Of a DNA stretch of 64,000 nt, positions 32,501 through 46,937 are shown one piece after another. The notes beneath the pieces are model-generated. The model saw only the letters and a program-made list of their open reading frames with translations. It did not search any database and was not told where the DNA came from. Source of the DNA: the human T2T-CHM13v2.0 reference genome, Homo sapiens; assembly GCF_009914755.1 (NCBI RefSeq), contig NC_060926.1. One strand, given 5' to 3'. The position numbers and the translations under genes were made by a program. How positions within the stretch are numbered: position 1 is the stretch's first letter; every line of letters begins with the position of its first letter.

Positions 32501-35500
32501 GCTTTCACTTTTGTTTTTTGTTTTATTTTTATTGTTACTTGCTTTTTTTTTTTGAATAGTTGCTTGTCAGCACATTAAAAACCATAACAGAGACAGGTTA
32601 ATATAAACATACATTTCTTTTTATAGATATAGAATGTTTTATTTTTGCAATAAAATGCCATTTGAGATATTTCAGTTTTGCTCTAATGTTTTGAGACTCC
32701 ATTTGGGAGATTTTGGTAATAGAGGTGGCTTATTTATCCTGCTGTTTTGTGTCTAAATGCTACATGACTGGCTAACAAAAACATGCAAATTTTATTTAAA
32801 TGTGCTTGACCTTGGCAAATTCATATATATTTGTTGTTGTGGCTTTGTCCTTTGTCAACTGTAGCTGTACCTCTCTCTCTCCCTCCCTTTTTTTAACAGC
32901 TTAAACAAAAGCTACACTCATGCTATTTTGGACTCATTGCCAAATTCAGTTTCTTTCTGTCAAGTTATGATGTTTTAAGTTTCAAACAGATTCCTTTAAG
33001 GATGAAAATTTACATGTACTGCCTACTTTATTTTTAAGAAAATAAAACAAATTACTAAACTTAATGAAAATGTGGAGATTACATATTATTACTTTATTCT
33101 GTATTTATGGCTCCTCATCTTACCCCACTCTGTCTTCTCTTTATTCTTTTTCTTTCAAGCACTCCATCAGTTCCTCCCTCCCCCCATTTCTGGGCCCCAT
33201 TTGCTATCAAGTATAGCAGCTTCTATGATGCATCCTACGACAAAGTGACATGGGATAATGACCAGCCTATGTTACAGCCTGCTCCATGCTGTACTCAGGA
33301 AGCAAACCTCACTATTTACCTAAAACTCCACCGTAGGAGAAAACTGACTTGGGATTAATTACAAATAAAGAGCATTTGTCTTTCCAAAGTAGCAAATATT
33401 TTTGTCTGTGGTTGCGTGTGTATATGATTTCAAAGCCACCGTTGCCTTACAAATGTCAAAATTCTTGTTCTGTTCCTTTTAAAAATAATAATAATAAAAA
33501 AAAGCATTGGGAACTGCATTCAGCAGTTAGGAGCTGGCTAATGACTTTCCCCCATAGCTGGCTTGTCCCAAGAATGTTCAATAAGACAAAGAAGCAGCAC
33601 CAGGATTGGGAAGACCAGACAAACTTAAGTGAAATTGTCAACCCCCCAGGGAGGTATTAATAGTTTATTGGGTATGGAAGATGCATAGCAAAGTAAAGGA
33701 AGAAGGTTAGTAACCTTTAACATTAAGAAAAAATAACTATTATTGTGACCAGTATAGCATGAAGCACAAACAGAGTACTCTCTGGGCAGCAAAACATAAA
33801 GTGTAGCCCACCAGAGAAATTAATAAAATGAAAGCACTGTTTCTTGCAGATGGATATGTAGGAGAATAATGGCGCAGGGCTGCGCTGAGCTGTCATGCAT
33901 CAGATACTACATCTGTTATGGAAATCAGGGGAAGTGGGGGCCTTTTGTTCATGCAAGAGCCCTCCCAATAGGGATTTGGCTGGAGTAGATTTTCTTGTTA
34001 TTAAACATGATTTCTAGCTAGTCGAGAGCAGATGCTTCTGCAGCATTTGGAACTAATAACCAACCTTCAAGTGTATGCCACCCCTTCAAGAGGCTGGTAC
34101 TGCTGGAGACACCAATTTCAGCTCAAAGATAATGTGTGCAGTTCAGTTTCTGCTTTGCACATGAATGACACTGATACCAGATGAGCCTTCTGGCCTAGAG
34201 TTTGCTGGAGACAGTAAAACAATGACACTGGCCCTGAAGAGATCAAATTGTAATGTTTCCTATTTTTGCCTCAGTGCAAAGGTTGCAGCTTTCCAGGTAC
34301 ACTTGAGAGGGACAATTCAGAGTCAAGTCAGCAATGTGGGGGACTTCAATTGGAGAGCAAGGAATGAGAGTGGAGGGAAACATGCAGACTCATACTGAAC
34401 TTGGCAGATACCCCCAGCCCATGCCCTTCCCAGGATCTGACCTCTGGGCTATAACTTTTGTTAAATAATTCATGAGCCCACAGGTCACCACCTAATTCAC
34501 TAAAGAAAAGCATGTCTTCTTGATAAACCACCTAAATTAAACTGCCCAACATCTTACTCTTGAGTTTTAAAATTTCTGTCCGAATGCAACACATTAATTT
34601 TACAAATAAAAAAACCACAAAGCTTAGGCATTCGTTCTCTTCTAACCATTGTATAGATAGTTGTTTCCAAATAAGAAATAGGCATTTGAATCAAAATCTT
34701 TGCAAGTATAAATAAAATTTAAATTAGAAAAGCATTATGTCAAAACTTAAAATCAATACCCAAAAAATTCTAAAATGCAAAGAGTAGGGACTTTATTATT
34801 TACTTTATTCTATATTTACAAAGTATTTTTACATTTGATAGGTGTTCCTATTTATTGTTTTAATATAAAATTATAGGTATAAGTAGAGATGCAGATACAG
34901 ATAATGCTTTTACCATTCACCTCAGAATGTTTCCCATTTCGAAAACTGTCCTGTAGTTAGAACTTACTGCCCTAGAAACCAGACAGTAATTCCAGGATGG
35001 AACCTATGCCAACTGTGACACAACTTGAAATGGAAGCATATTAGGCATTGCTAATACAGAAATAATAGTTCATATTTTGTTGTTGTAATTTTGTCCAAGT
35101 TGTAAAGGCTGCATCTTGAACTTGCCTACTTAACCGTTTGTTATAGCTTGGAACAGTTTCTAGGGATGTGAATTTTGGCTTCCTTCTAAATTTTCATCTA
35201 TGATTCTATGTGGCCTGCCTCAACCTGTTGAGTTCCCAAATGCCTCATAGGATTTCCTCTTTGAAACCAATTCAACTCAATATATAACTAATAACTCACC
35301 TCAGGGCTCTGTCCAGAGCTCTTTCAGGTGGATTGAATGCAATCAAAAGATTTGGTTGATGGATTAAATCTGCTCTTGGGAAATTTGCTTACCCATTCAT
35401 AGGTAAGCCATTTGCACCAATGCCCTCCAATGTCACTGCAGAAACAGGTACTATATAAACCAAGAACGTAATAACAACAATAATTTTCATTAGTAAGTTG

Positions 35501-38500
35501 CTTTCAGTTTATCATGTGCTTTCAAATGTTTGATGGAATCTAATCTGATCCTATTAATCGGAGAAGATAGTAGGTGAATATTACTTGCACTTTACAAATA
35601 AAAAACAGAACCTGAGGCAGGTCACATGGCACACTGGATATTACACAGCTAGAAAGTGGTGAAACTGAACTTCTGACCCAGAAGAAAAATAATCCATTAA
35701 AAAATTTTAAAAAATTTTTATATTACTTTGAAAGTACAATTGATTATTTTTCTGAGATCATAGTTAGAATTCTTGTTAAAATATTCAAGACAAGTAAGAT
35801 TCACCAGCACTTTTGAAGCTAACTATGTCTTTCTATAACTGCTATGTTTTTGCCATATTTTTTTGGCATGTATTAAAGGACACTGAATGTAAGAAAGCTT
35901 TTAAAGGAGATGTAAACCTGGACATTCCAGGTACTTGTGATACATTAAAAACATGGCAGGTATATATATTTGTATTATTATTTTTCACAAAAAGCGTTGT
36001 TAACCCTAATGCCCTGGCCAACTTCCAGATAACAGATTACAATTTGCCTTGCTAAAAATCATTCCCTGCTGCTTTAATTAGATATGGTCTTTTCCCCTCC
36101 CTTTCGGCACAGTCTGCAGAACTGTTCTGTCCTGTCAACCAGCTGCTATCACTCACTCTAGGAGGATAAAGTGATTCTTCTAATATCAAGAGACAAAGAA
36201 ATAGCCACAAAACTTCATTTCAAAACAATATATATACTTTAATGACTAGTGATTAATATTTACAAAAATTAAATCACAGAATGAAAAGGAAGCTTTTAAG
36301 ATTATCCCTTTGAGCTGGATCATGGAGGGACCACATCTCCAGGAAACCAGAACACCAAATTAATTTAGCCAACTCTGCTTTTAAATCCACCCAATTCTGC
36401 CCCCATCAAAGTCAAACCAATTGTTTTTTGTATACATGTCTGCTAAGTTGATTAGCTGTCATATATACATAGTAAGAAAGGTCAGCATAGTTCTAATTAT
36501 TACCATGATAGTAAATAGTTTGAAATTCTCTACTAACATTCTAAATTTGATAAGTAAGCATTTTTTTAACTGAATAAAGCCCATTTAAACCAAGGACCAA
36601 GAAAACAGAGAAAGAATTAAAAAGAAAAGAAATGTTTCATACTTTGCAAGTGGATTTGTGATGAAAATGAAATATTCATAATGTATCGCTGTAAAACAGT
36701 TTTCATGGGATTATGTGGGAAAGTCTATATCCCATATGGTGTTTCCAGACTGCCATCCCAGAGAGCTGCCATAAGGTGAAAGCTGGCTTGACAGAGGCAG
36801 TGCCCATCTGTATCTGGAGGTGCCGCTGCCACCCACAGAGCAGATCTCCATATCTGGACATGGCTCAAAAGCTGGACATTCCTCCCTGAGCCCACACAAC
36901 GACTATCCTTTGCTTTGCTATTGAAGTTGCTGTGTCAGATTCCACCTCTCAGTTAACATCAATTCCTGCCTCCCCTGCTGCAAAAAGAAATCCCACTTTG
37001 GATTTCTTCCTTCATACATACATATCTGTGGATTCCCGGTATTCATAGTAACCCTCACAATTCACATACTTCTCCTTCTCTGTTTTACTTGACCCATTTC
37101 TCTCTTTCATTCCTCATGAACCACAAGGGTAGAATTTGAAAGTGGCAGTTACCATTCTTTAAGAACTTTATATGTTCATTCAGAAATCAGAAGTTGGCAC
37201 ATTTGCTTAAGTCTGTGGAGTTTAAATGCTAAACATTAAAAACTTGATACGTTTATGGCATCTCACATGGAGCCTATCTTGGATGTTTGTGTTTGGAAAG
37301 GTTATCATTAAATGAAAGAAGCACACCCAGTGTGGAGCAATACAGAGTGGTAGGGATTGTGGCAAACTGGAGAGCTCATTCCCGAGTACTTCTACTCTAC
37401 TCGGTACTTATTTAATTTGTAACTTACAGTAACTGATATAAAATTTAAGTCATTTCATCAAAGCCAAGCTAAACGTAAGTATGGCCTCCAGCATAGATGA
37501 TGTTTATGTCCTCAAAAGAAGGGTTAGAAGGTTATGTTGATATTAAATTAAGCTCAATGAAGGAGCAAGCTAGAAAAGAGTCTGACTTGTTCAAAGATGG
37601 GAAGCTGGTTTTCCCAGTCATCCAACATAGGCAGGAAGTCCCCTAGTAGAAGTCCTATGAAGGGGATTGATTTATCATGTGAAGGACAAATTGGATTTCT
37701 TCTGAATCTAAGGCAGGATTCTAAGACTAGGGCCTTTTCCAACCACATTGAGATGTTTTCCTCTTCATCACTGTTAATTTAACCCTCTCTGAAAGACATT
37801 TTTTATAGTGCCTGATGAGGCAGAAATATATAAAATGAGATAGATACTCATGAAATTGTAAAATAAGTGAGTAGTAAATTATAAAAATAAAGAATAGAAA
37901 TCAATAAAAACAACTGTTACTGGTAACACCAGAGTGGCTGTCAGGAGACCTGATTCCTTGGCTCACAGCTCACCATATATGTGTTCCTGGACAAACCATT
38001 TAATGTTTCTTGGTCTGTTTCAACTTTTATAATATAAGGTAGTCAAACTATATCAATCTAGTCATAGGACTAGATTAGCAGCAGACTCATTCTTCAAATT
38101 CTACTGCAGAAACCTCTAAATTGTATAGGGCCTCTGACATCTTGTTGAAATTATCTCTAAGTTCCTTCCTACTATTAAAATTCAAAACTTGATTTATTAA
38201 AGATTCATTGAATTTTACCTAAAATGAAAATAAAGTGATTTTTCCTTCAAAATAAACTTCTACCATAACTTTATTATCAATACTCACAATCACCTTGTAA
38301 GTGCCCATTGTATGTTGAAAAATTATCTTTGTCTTCAAGAAGCTAATAATATATTTGTGAAGATGAGATTTTTTTATTAAGTGAAACCAACTGCAATGAC
38401 AAACCAACTAATAAGAATGATAAACTACTAATTATAGTTACAATTTGTGTAACTTTTCAAATTATAATTAAATTATAATTATAGTTATATAACTAACATG

Positions 38501-39067
38501 GCTAATCCAATATAAATGAGGTCAACATTATGGTCCAAAATGACCTTGGCTGAAATTTCCAATGCCACAATCTCCTCAAATTATTTCTGGGAATCCCCAA
38601 GTTACTTCAGTTTTGCTCACCAAAGAGTCTATCTGCTAGAATCAATTCTTACTGATTTCTCTCTGTGGCTACAACTCCCTCTGCTAATGTTACTGCTTTC
38701 CAAAATGTCAAGTGGGGCGTATTCATTAGCCTATCACTGATGCTTTTCAGGAGATGGCCAGTATTTTGATGTTCCAAAAAGTATTCCTTTCCATGAGTCA
38801 CAGCAGTTCGGTGCTGTGGAAATAAGGAAAGAAGCCTCCTCTTCCCAAGAAAATGCCACATCTGCTTTAGTTGATATTCAAAGCATCACTACATTTCAAG
38901 AGACCTGGAATAACTCTTAAAACCTGGCACTGAGGTTCTCCACTCTTAATCTTCTGATATAAACCCACAGTGAAATTGCTCAGCTCAACCCCTTATAAGT
39001 AATTTAACACCTGCATTTAACTAAATAATGCTTTCGTAGTAGTCCCCATATATGGGTGGTCACCTAC

Positions 39068-41345
39068 TGATATGGTTTGGCTGTGTCCCCACCCAAATCT
39101 CATCTTGAATTGTAACTCCCACAATTACCACGTGTCATGGGAGGAACCTGGTGGGAGGTGATTGAATTATGGGGGTAGGTCTTTCCTGTGCTGTTCTCAT
39201 GATAGTGAATGAGACTCACAAATTGTGATGGTTTGAAAAACGGGAGTTTACCAGCACAAGCTCTCTGTTTTCTTGTCTGCTACCATGTGAGACATGCCTT
39301 TCACCTTCCACCATGATTGTGAGGCCTCCCCAGCCAAGTGGAACTAAGTCCAATAAATCTTTCCTTTATAAATTGCCTAGACTCAGGTATGTCTTTATCA
39401 GCAGTATGAAAATGGATTAACACAGTAAATTGGTACCATTAGAGTGGGGCATCACTGCAAAGATACCCAAAAATGTGGAAGTGACTTTGGAACTGGGTAA
39501 CAGGAAGAGGCTGGAACAGTTTGGAAGGCTCAGAAGACAGGAAAATGTGGGAAAGTTTGGAACTTCCTAGAGACTTGTTGAATGACTTTGACCAAAATGC
39601 TAACAGTGATATGAACAATAGGGTCCAGGCTAAGGTGGTCTCAGATGGCTATGAGGAACTTGTTGGAAACTGGAGCAAAGGTGACTCTTGTTATGTTTTA
39701 GCAGAGACTGTTGGCATTTTGCCCCTGCCCTAAGATCTGTGGAACTTTGAACTTGAGAGAGATGATTTGGGGTATCTGGTGGAAGAAATTTCTAAGCAGC
39801 AAAGCATTCAAGTGTGACTTGGGTGCTGTTAAAGGCATTCAGTTTTAAAAGGGAAACAGAGCATAAAAGTTGGGAAAATTTGCAGCCTGACAATGCAATA
39901 GAAAAGAAAATCCCATTTTCTGAGGAGAAATTCAAGCCAGCTGCAGAAATTTGCATAAGTAACAAGGAGCCAAATATTAACCCCCAAAACAATGGGGAAA
40001 ATGTCTCCAGGGCATGTCAGAGGTCTTCACAGCAGCCCCTTCCATTACAGGCCCAGAGGCCTAGGAGGAAAAAGTGGTTTGGTGGGACAGGTCCAGGGTC
40101 CACATGCTGTGTGCAGCCTAGGAACTTGATGCCCTGAATCCCAGCTGCTGCAGCCGTCACTGAAAGGGGCCAACATAGAGCTCATAGCTTCAGAGGGTGC
40201 AAGCCCCAAGCCTTGGAAGCTTCCATGTGGTGTTGAGCCTGCGAGTGCATAGAAGTCAAGAATTGAGGTCTGGGAACCTCTGCTTAAGTTTCAGAGGATG
40301 TATGGAAATGCCTGGATGACCAGGCTGAAGTTTGCTGCAGGAGCAGGGCACTCATGGGGAACCTCTGCTAGGATAGTGCAGAAGGCAAATGTGGGGTGGG
40401 AGCCCCCATGCAGAGTCCACACTGGGGCACTGCCTTGTGGAGCTGTGAGAAGACAACCACCATCCTCCAGACCCCAGAATGGTAGATCCACCAATAGCTT
40501 GCACTGTGCACCTGGAAAAGTTGCAGACACCCAATACCAGCCTGTGAAAGCAGCCAGGAGGGAGGCAGTACCCTGCAAAGCCATGGGGGTGGAATTGCTC
40601 ATGACCATGGGAACCCATCATCAGTTTGACTCGCATCTGAGATGTGGAGTCAAAGGAGATCATTTTGGATCTTTAAGATTTGACTGCCTTGCTGGATTTC
40701 AGACTTGCATGGGGCCTGTAGTCCATTTGTTTTGACCAATTTCTCCCATTTGGAATGGTTGTATTTACCAAATGCCTGTACCTTTATTGTATCTAGAAAG
40801 TAACTTACTTTCTTTTGATTTTACAGGCTCATAGGTGGAAGGGACTTGCCTCGTCTCAGATGAGACATTGGACTGTGGACTTTTGAGTTAATGCTGAAAT
40901 GAGTTAAGACTTTAGGGGACTGTTGGGAAGGCATGATTGGTTTCAGAATGTGAGGGCATGAGATGTGGGAGGGGCCAGGGGCAGAATGATATGGTTTGGC
41001 TCTGTCCCCACCCAAATCTCATCTTGAATTGTAACTCCCACAATTCTAACATGTCATGGGAAGAACCCAGTGGGAGGTGTCTGAATTATGAGGGTGGGTC
41101 TTTCCTGCACTGTTCTCGTGATAGTGGATGAGTCTCATGAGAGTGGATGGTTTTAAAAACGGGAGTTGTCCTGCACAAGCTCTCTCTTCTTTTGTCTGCT
41201 GCCATGTAAGGCATGCCTTTCACCTTCCACCAAGATTGCAAGGCCTTCCCAGCCATGTGGAACTGTAAGTCCAATAAACCTTTCTTTTGTAAATTGCCCA
41301 GTGTCAGGTATGTCTTTATTGACAGCGTGAAAACGGACTAATACA
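39068..41345 (+). mobile_element. Full-length THE1 (probably THE1A) MaLR element: LTR 39068-39424, internal 39425-40986, LTR 40987-41345
   Basis: Both LTRs start TGATATGGTTTGGCT and end ...AA(C/T)ACA; internal region starts GTAAATTGGTACC; perfect 5-bp TSD CCTAC at 39063-39067 and 41346-41350. Confidence 0.95.
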
Positions 41346-42046
41346 CCTACTTTATTTGTGTCATTAAATGTGAATTTTGGAGAGTTTCTTAAATTTATTA
41401 TCCAAGATAGACTAGGTTATGAAAGGGTGACAAATAATCCCCACATCAGAGGAAGGAGTGGCTATTGACACTGAGGAAGTTAAGGATGAAAATGGAAAAG
41501 AGATAGAATATGAGTTGGACCTTGAAGAAAAGAGATTAGATTTTTGAAAAATGAATGGGAAATATCTGGTGAAATGAAAAAATGGAAACTCAAGGGCAAG
41601 AGTGGACATCAGGAAGTGTGTGGGCAACAGTGAGTAGAGCAGTTTCCATCATCAGCAGGTTTGTAGTGTGGTAATCAGTGGCATAAAGGTGGAGTGGTTT
41701 GGGAACAGATTGTGGAAGGCCAAGACGAAGAATTTGGTCTTTGTTCTAGAAAAAATAAGGAGTCTTTAAAGGTTATGGAAGACAAGGTGGTGATTGCAAT
41801 GTAAGAAGATAAATCTGTTTGTGGAGAAGTTGATGGATTAGAAGGAGTAAGACTGATAGAGAGAAATTAATTAGTCCACTATTATAGTCATCTAGGCAAT
41901 GATGGTGACAGTAGGAGTGGTGGGGAAAAACGACTGGGGAAAACTTCGCAGAGGAAATTTTAATAGGAGTGGGTGGGTGAATAAAGGAAAGGAGAAAGGG
42001 GGAGTAACGAGGTCTATGCCTACTTGTTAATACTGGCAGAATTGGC

Positions 42047-42047
<1 letters not shown>

Positions 42048-42111
<64 letters not shown>
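42048..42111. repeat. Compound microsatellite (GT)20(GA)12
   Basis: Counted directly: GT 42048-42087, GA 42088-42111. Confidence 0.97.
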
Positions 42112-43299
42112 AAGGCCACCTCAGTCTCTTATCTGATTCAATTTTCTTTGTTTAAATGTCTGCAGAGGCTCCTAAAAAACTTTCATTTTCATTTAGTTGT
42201 GTAAATTAACTTGGCTTTAGGTACTATGAAAAGAGATTTAGTGTCTAATAAATCGGGTAGTGTGATGAGCGGTGCTTACTATTTCTAAAATAAATCATAA
42301 TTTTGCTTATTAAATAGTTCATGGATGAACCAGTAGGACCACTTTGTGATTTCAATGTTTTATACTTTAAAATTGTTCTCTTAGGCTTCTCAATTCAGAT
42401 TGCCCCCCAAGACATTAACTAGATTTGGCTTTTCAGTTATTTGGCACCATCACTATCTCCTTTATCAGTTCAAATCATAGCTCAGGATATTTTATTTTCC
42501 ATACCCCTTTGTTTACACTTATCCAGTTATGCCTCAAGTTTTGCTATTTTGCCTGCTAACATATTTCCAGCAACACAATATTAATATTTGCAAATGTTTT
42601 CTTTCAACGTATTCAAGAGGTTTTGCTTATGGCATTTTTCCAGCTGACAGATTCTGAGTATCCCCATGGCCGGCCATCTGTAATTTCTCCAAGTGATCAA
42701 GGAAGAAGAATGGACTCTGCTTTCTTACTCCCTCCTCTGTGGCTGGTAGTTTAGGGCTATAATGGGTATTAATGTTATAGGATTGACAAATATATGTTGA
42801 TTCCCTCTCCATCTCCCTTTCTGTGGATGCTGCCCACAGTCTGTGCTGCTAACCACACAACACAACTCAAGACATTTGCATTTTATACCTAAAGACTTGA
42901 GCACTAGAGCCATTTCACAGTGATGGACTGCATTATCAGGTTACCCACGACATTTTTAGTTGTAACTTTATTAAAACCATCATTGCATCCAAGTCAGTTA
43001 TGAGTAATAAAGTAGATAATTTTCAGAAAAAAATGATGTTTTAAAGAATTTCAATATTTTTGCTTTAGGAATACATTGTTTAATACGTATCTGTCACTGA
43101 AAGTCAACACTCAATCAGTTGTAACCACAAGCTAAACTAAAATATACTGATGATGGTATCATGCTGATATAAGAATATACTACCTATCAATGTCATCCAG
43201 GTAAATAAATGACTATTCTTCAGGACTTGAGTCATATTTGGCCTAGCTCCAGTAACTGCACTCCTAACCACCACCCTTGGGCTCACTTGCTTATAAGAT

Positions 43300-43960
43300 G
43301 TCAAAGCACTACACAACCTTTATAAAACAGGGTGGTATGGCTGTAATAATAGATAAATAGACCATTGGAACAGAAAATAGATTCCAAAAAGTCATCTACA
43401 TCTATAAGAGAATTTGGTAGACGATGATGATATGGGAAAGATAAGTCATTCAATAAATAAGGTTTAGAAAATAGAATGATTTGGGAGGGAAATTGTGATC
43501 TGATTTCAAACAACATACAAAGATAATTTTTGAATAAATTAGAAAGTTAAATGTAAAAAATAAAACTATAAAAAGCAGTAGAAATAGTGTGGAATTATTG
43601 AAATATGATAGTACTTTCATCTATATTTTATGAAATATTATTGAAGCATTAAAAGTAAGGTTTATTTATATGTGCTAATATAGAAAGACATCTGTATTAA
43701 ATTTAAAAATAATGTCCTGATAACATAATAGTATAATTTCCTCATGTAATATATGTATGTATGTGTGTACAAACACATATACACACATACATTCCTATGT
43801 CTTTACACACACATACAAGGGAAAAAGATAAGACAGATAATTCTCAGTGTTAACAGGAGGCTGATAAGAAACAGTTTATAGATAATTCTGATACTATATC
43901 TTTTTCTTGTATATTTTACTCTATCACCTATACTATATTTTTTTATTTTATAAAACTATG
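43300..43960 (+). mobile_element. L1ME-like degraded fragment
   Basis: ATAGACCATTGGAACAGAAAATAG and CATTCAATAAATAAGG are ORF2 3'-region motifs. Confidence 0.55.
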
Positions 43961-44079
43961 CAGGCATTCTAAGAATATTTATGCCATCCCTTCAAATAAA
44001 AATAATATTCGATATTGTTTTATGCTGATGAAATGAGACTAAAACATTGTCAATAACTTCCGAAAGTCCTTTTTGTGCT

Positions 44080-44530
44080 ATGAGGTGGGCTATCACCTCT
44101 CCCTTAGACTTGAGCAATCGCATCCTAATTCATCTCCTGCCTGCAGTCTTGTGCCTGTTCCCTCCAATCTGTCTCCACATGGAAGACGTGGATATGAAGT
44201 TCTCCATCCCCCAGCTGTGTCAGTGCTGAGATGTCACTTTCTCTGCAGATTCCTCTATCTAAATTGGTGTACTCTCTTAGAGCACCCTGAACTTTTTCCT
44301 GATATCACATACCACAATTTACCCTTGCAGTTTTTTGCATTTCTTTATTTAATACTAGCTTTGCTATTCTGTAAGCATCATGGGGGCAGGGATAGGGTCT
44401 CTTTTCTTCCATATGGAAGCCCCATCATTTAACACAGCAACTGTCGTGCAGCGGTTAAGTAGTTAACTATTGAATGGATGAATGAGTGAATTGCATGAAT
44501 AAACAAATATGAATTAGATGAATAAATGAA
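44080..44530 (+). mobile_element. L2 3' fragment
   Basis: CTGTAAGCATCATGGGGGCAGGGA...TTGAATGGATGAATGAGTGAAT tail. Confidence 0.6.
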
Positions 44531-46937
44531 TTATTCAAGACAGAAACCACCAATTACAAAGTATATCTATTAAAGAGAAAATAGAAACCATAAATTTTTT
44601 TTCATACAACCAGAAGGGAATTTAAGAACAGGTACCCTGAGAAAAAGTGGGCAATGATGAAGCCTATCTCCTGATTTTCTTAGAATCTTTTTCAACAAGA
44701 ACCATGGCAGGAAGTGCTAAGTGATGAAGGTCAGATTTGTTATTTACAAAGCTGCCTACATTTTCCAGCTCTATTTCAGGTCAGGACTGGCAAGATAACA
44801 AGATACTCAGGAGAGTTCTTCTTTGATTCTGTAAATGAATGTTCTAAAAGAAACATATTGGTGAAAGACACAGCCCTCAGACCCTGGAAGGAGAGTAACG
44901 CAGGGCTGGCCTGAGGGAGAGAAAAAAATCAATAGCTTTAACAGTGAATGAGACCAGCTTCTTTCTAACTAACATTGGCAAAGGAGGAACCCTCTGGGGC
45001 ACTGATATTGGCACTGTCTCCATCAATTTCCTCTGGCTCTGCTTGATAGCAGCTAACAGCAGGGTTTGGGGATGCAGTGGGGTTAGCTGAGCCCGGGAGG
45101 GGCAACCAGGGAAGCCCAGTTGGCTCACAGAGATGATTTCCCTCTGCTTAATTCCCTGCTCTCAGCCACTGGGAGCCCATGGGACATCTACCAGGCAAGA
45201 GGCTGACCTTGGGAGCATTAATTATATTCCTGAATTGAAATTAGGGCTTCAGTCACAAGCTTTCTCTTCATCAGCCATTGTATTCTGCCACATAATGGAA
45301 AAGAAATTTAAAAATTTTCAAAATTAAGATTCTACCATTCAGGCAGACAACTCTCAAACAATGAAAAGAACTCCTAGGCATCATCCTTCTCCATCCAATT
45401 GGCTAATGGTAGACGAAAATTTTAAACTCAAACTTTGTTTCGTATCACAATGGTCTGTATTTCTTCCAAGAAAAAGAAAATGGTTTCCCATGACAGTATC
45501 CATTAATCAAAATCGATAGCCATAAAAGCAATTTTTTGTTTTTGAGTTAAGGGAGGAGAAACCATCTGGAAAGAGAAACCTGACTCCTCAGAAAGGAAAC
45601 ACCCTCAGCCTTGCATCCAAACTAAATTATCCCGTCACCAGGAAAGCAAGGCCTTTTTTAAAAAACAATAATATCATATAACCATTTAGCCACTGGTACA
45701 GTCTTACCGTTTGTTTGTTTTGTTATCTTTTTTAATATAGGCAATTAATTTAAATTCCAGGATCTCCTTTCTAAGTTTAGTTAACTATGACATCATTCTA
45801 AACTTATACAACTGAGAAGAGTTGATCATCTCCTCTTGGTCCATCTCTTGTAAATAAAAAATCTTCATAACCATGCCTCTCTCTCATCACTCTATAATAA
45901 CTACTTAGTTACAATTTTGAGTGCAATGTACATATAATATTTATTGGTTTACTTATGGATTTTAGTATTTATTTAGTAGGTGCTAGAGAAAATCTAAAAC
46001 TACAGAAAATTAACTTAAAGTAAGTTTGACTAAAAGTTTGTAGTACTTAAAGATAATGTAGGATGGGAGAAAATAATATTAACAATGTGAGAAAGGAAAC
46101 TGCCCTATTTTTGCATTTTCTAGCATGTAATAGGAAATATAAATGTCCAACTATAAGTCAACCTTCTCTCATTTTCCTATTTATATAGCAGAAAATATTA
46201 CTATTCATGCATCTTCAGTGTAGTTCTATGCCAGCGTTTCTATTGGGTTCTTCTGATTTACTGCAGTCATCTGGAGAGTAAAGCTAAGAAGTCAACCTGG
46301 TCCCAGTCCCAGAGTCACAGACATCTGCCTCAGCAAAGCTGAAATTCCTTGAGCTGAAGATTTGCCTGTGATCGTTGCTGATGACAAGGAAATTTGAGCT
46401 CTATCTGGCTTAAAGGGAGGAATTGAAAAAAACTATTTAGCTAACTTCAGTCATTTCTCATTCTCTCATGACTGCCCAAACTAGTATTTTTAAATACAGA
46501 ACATAAGCTTTCATGGCCAAGGAAGAAGGCAGTGCTGAAACTGCTTGAGAATTAATCAGGTCTTGGTTTAAAAACCAAGTTTACAAAATATTAGCTGTGT
46601 TAGCTTGCACCAAGTATTTGTCTTTGAGCCTCAGTTTCCCCATTTGAAACCTAATTTAAAAGGTTGAAATAATGTATGTAAAGCACTTGGAATGTAGTAA
46701 ATGTTCAATGTTTGTTATTTTTAATGTATTTGATTTTTATTACATTGAAAAGTACCATGAGAAATAGAAATGGAATAAATAGTTTCTAATAAGAAAAATT
46801 CAACGAACCATTTTCCTTTTCTTGTGAATGTATGTCATGTTGGTCAATATTAGACATTAAATGGAAGCATCAGTACATATTTTCTAAGGCAGTTGTTGTT
46901 GTCTGGCAATGAGTAGTTTACATATTTTTTCCAAATA

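Noticed and set aside
39521-40735. Consecutive ORFs resembling an operon
   Set aside because: Frameshifted remnants of the THE1 internal ORF
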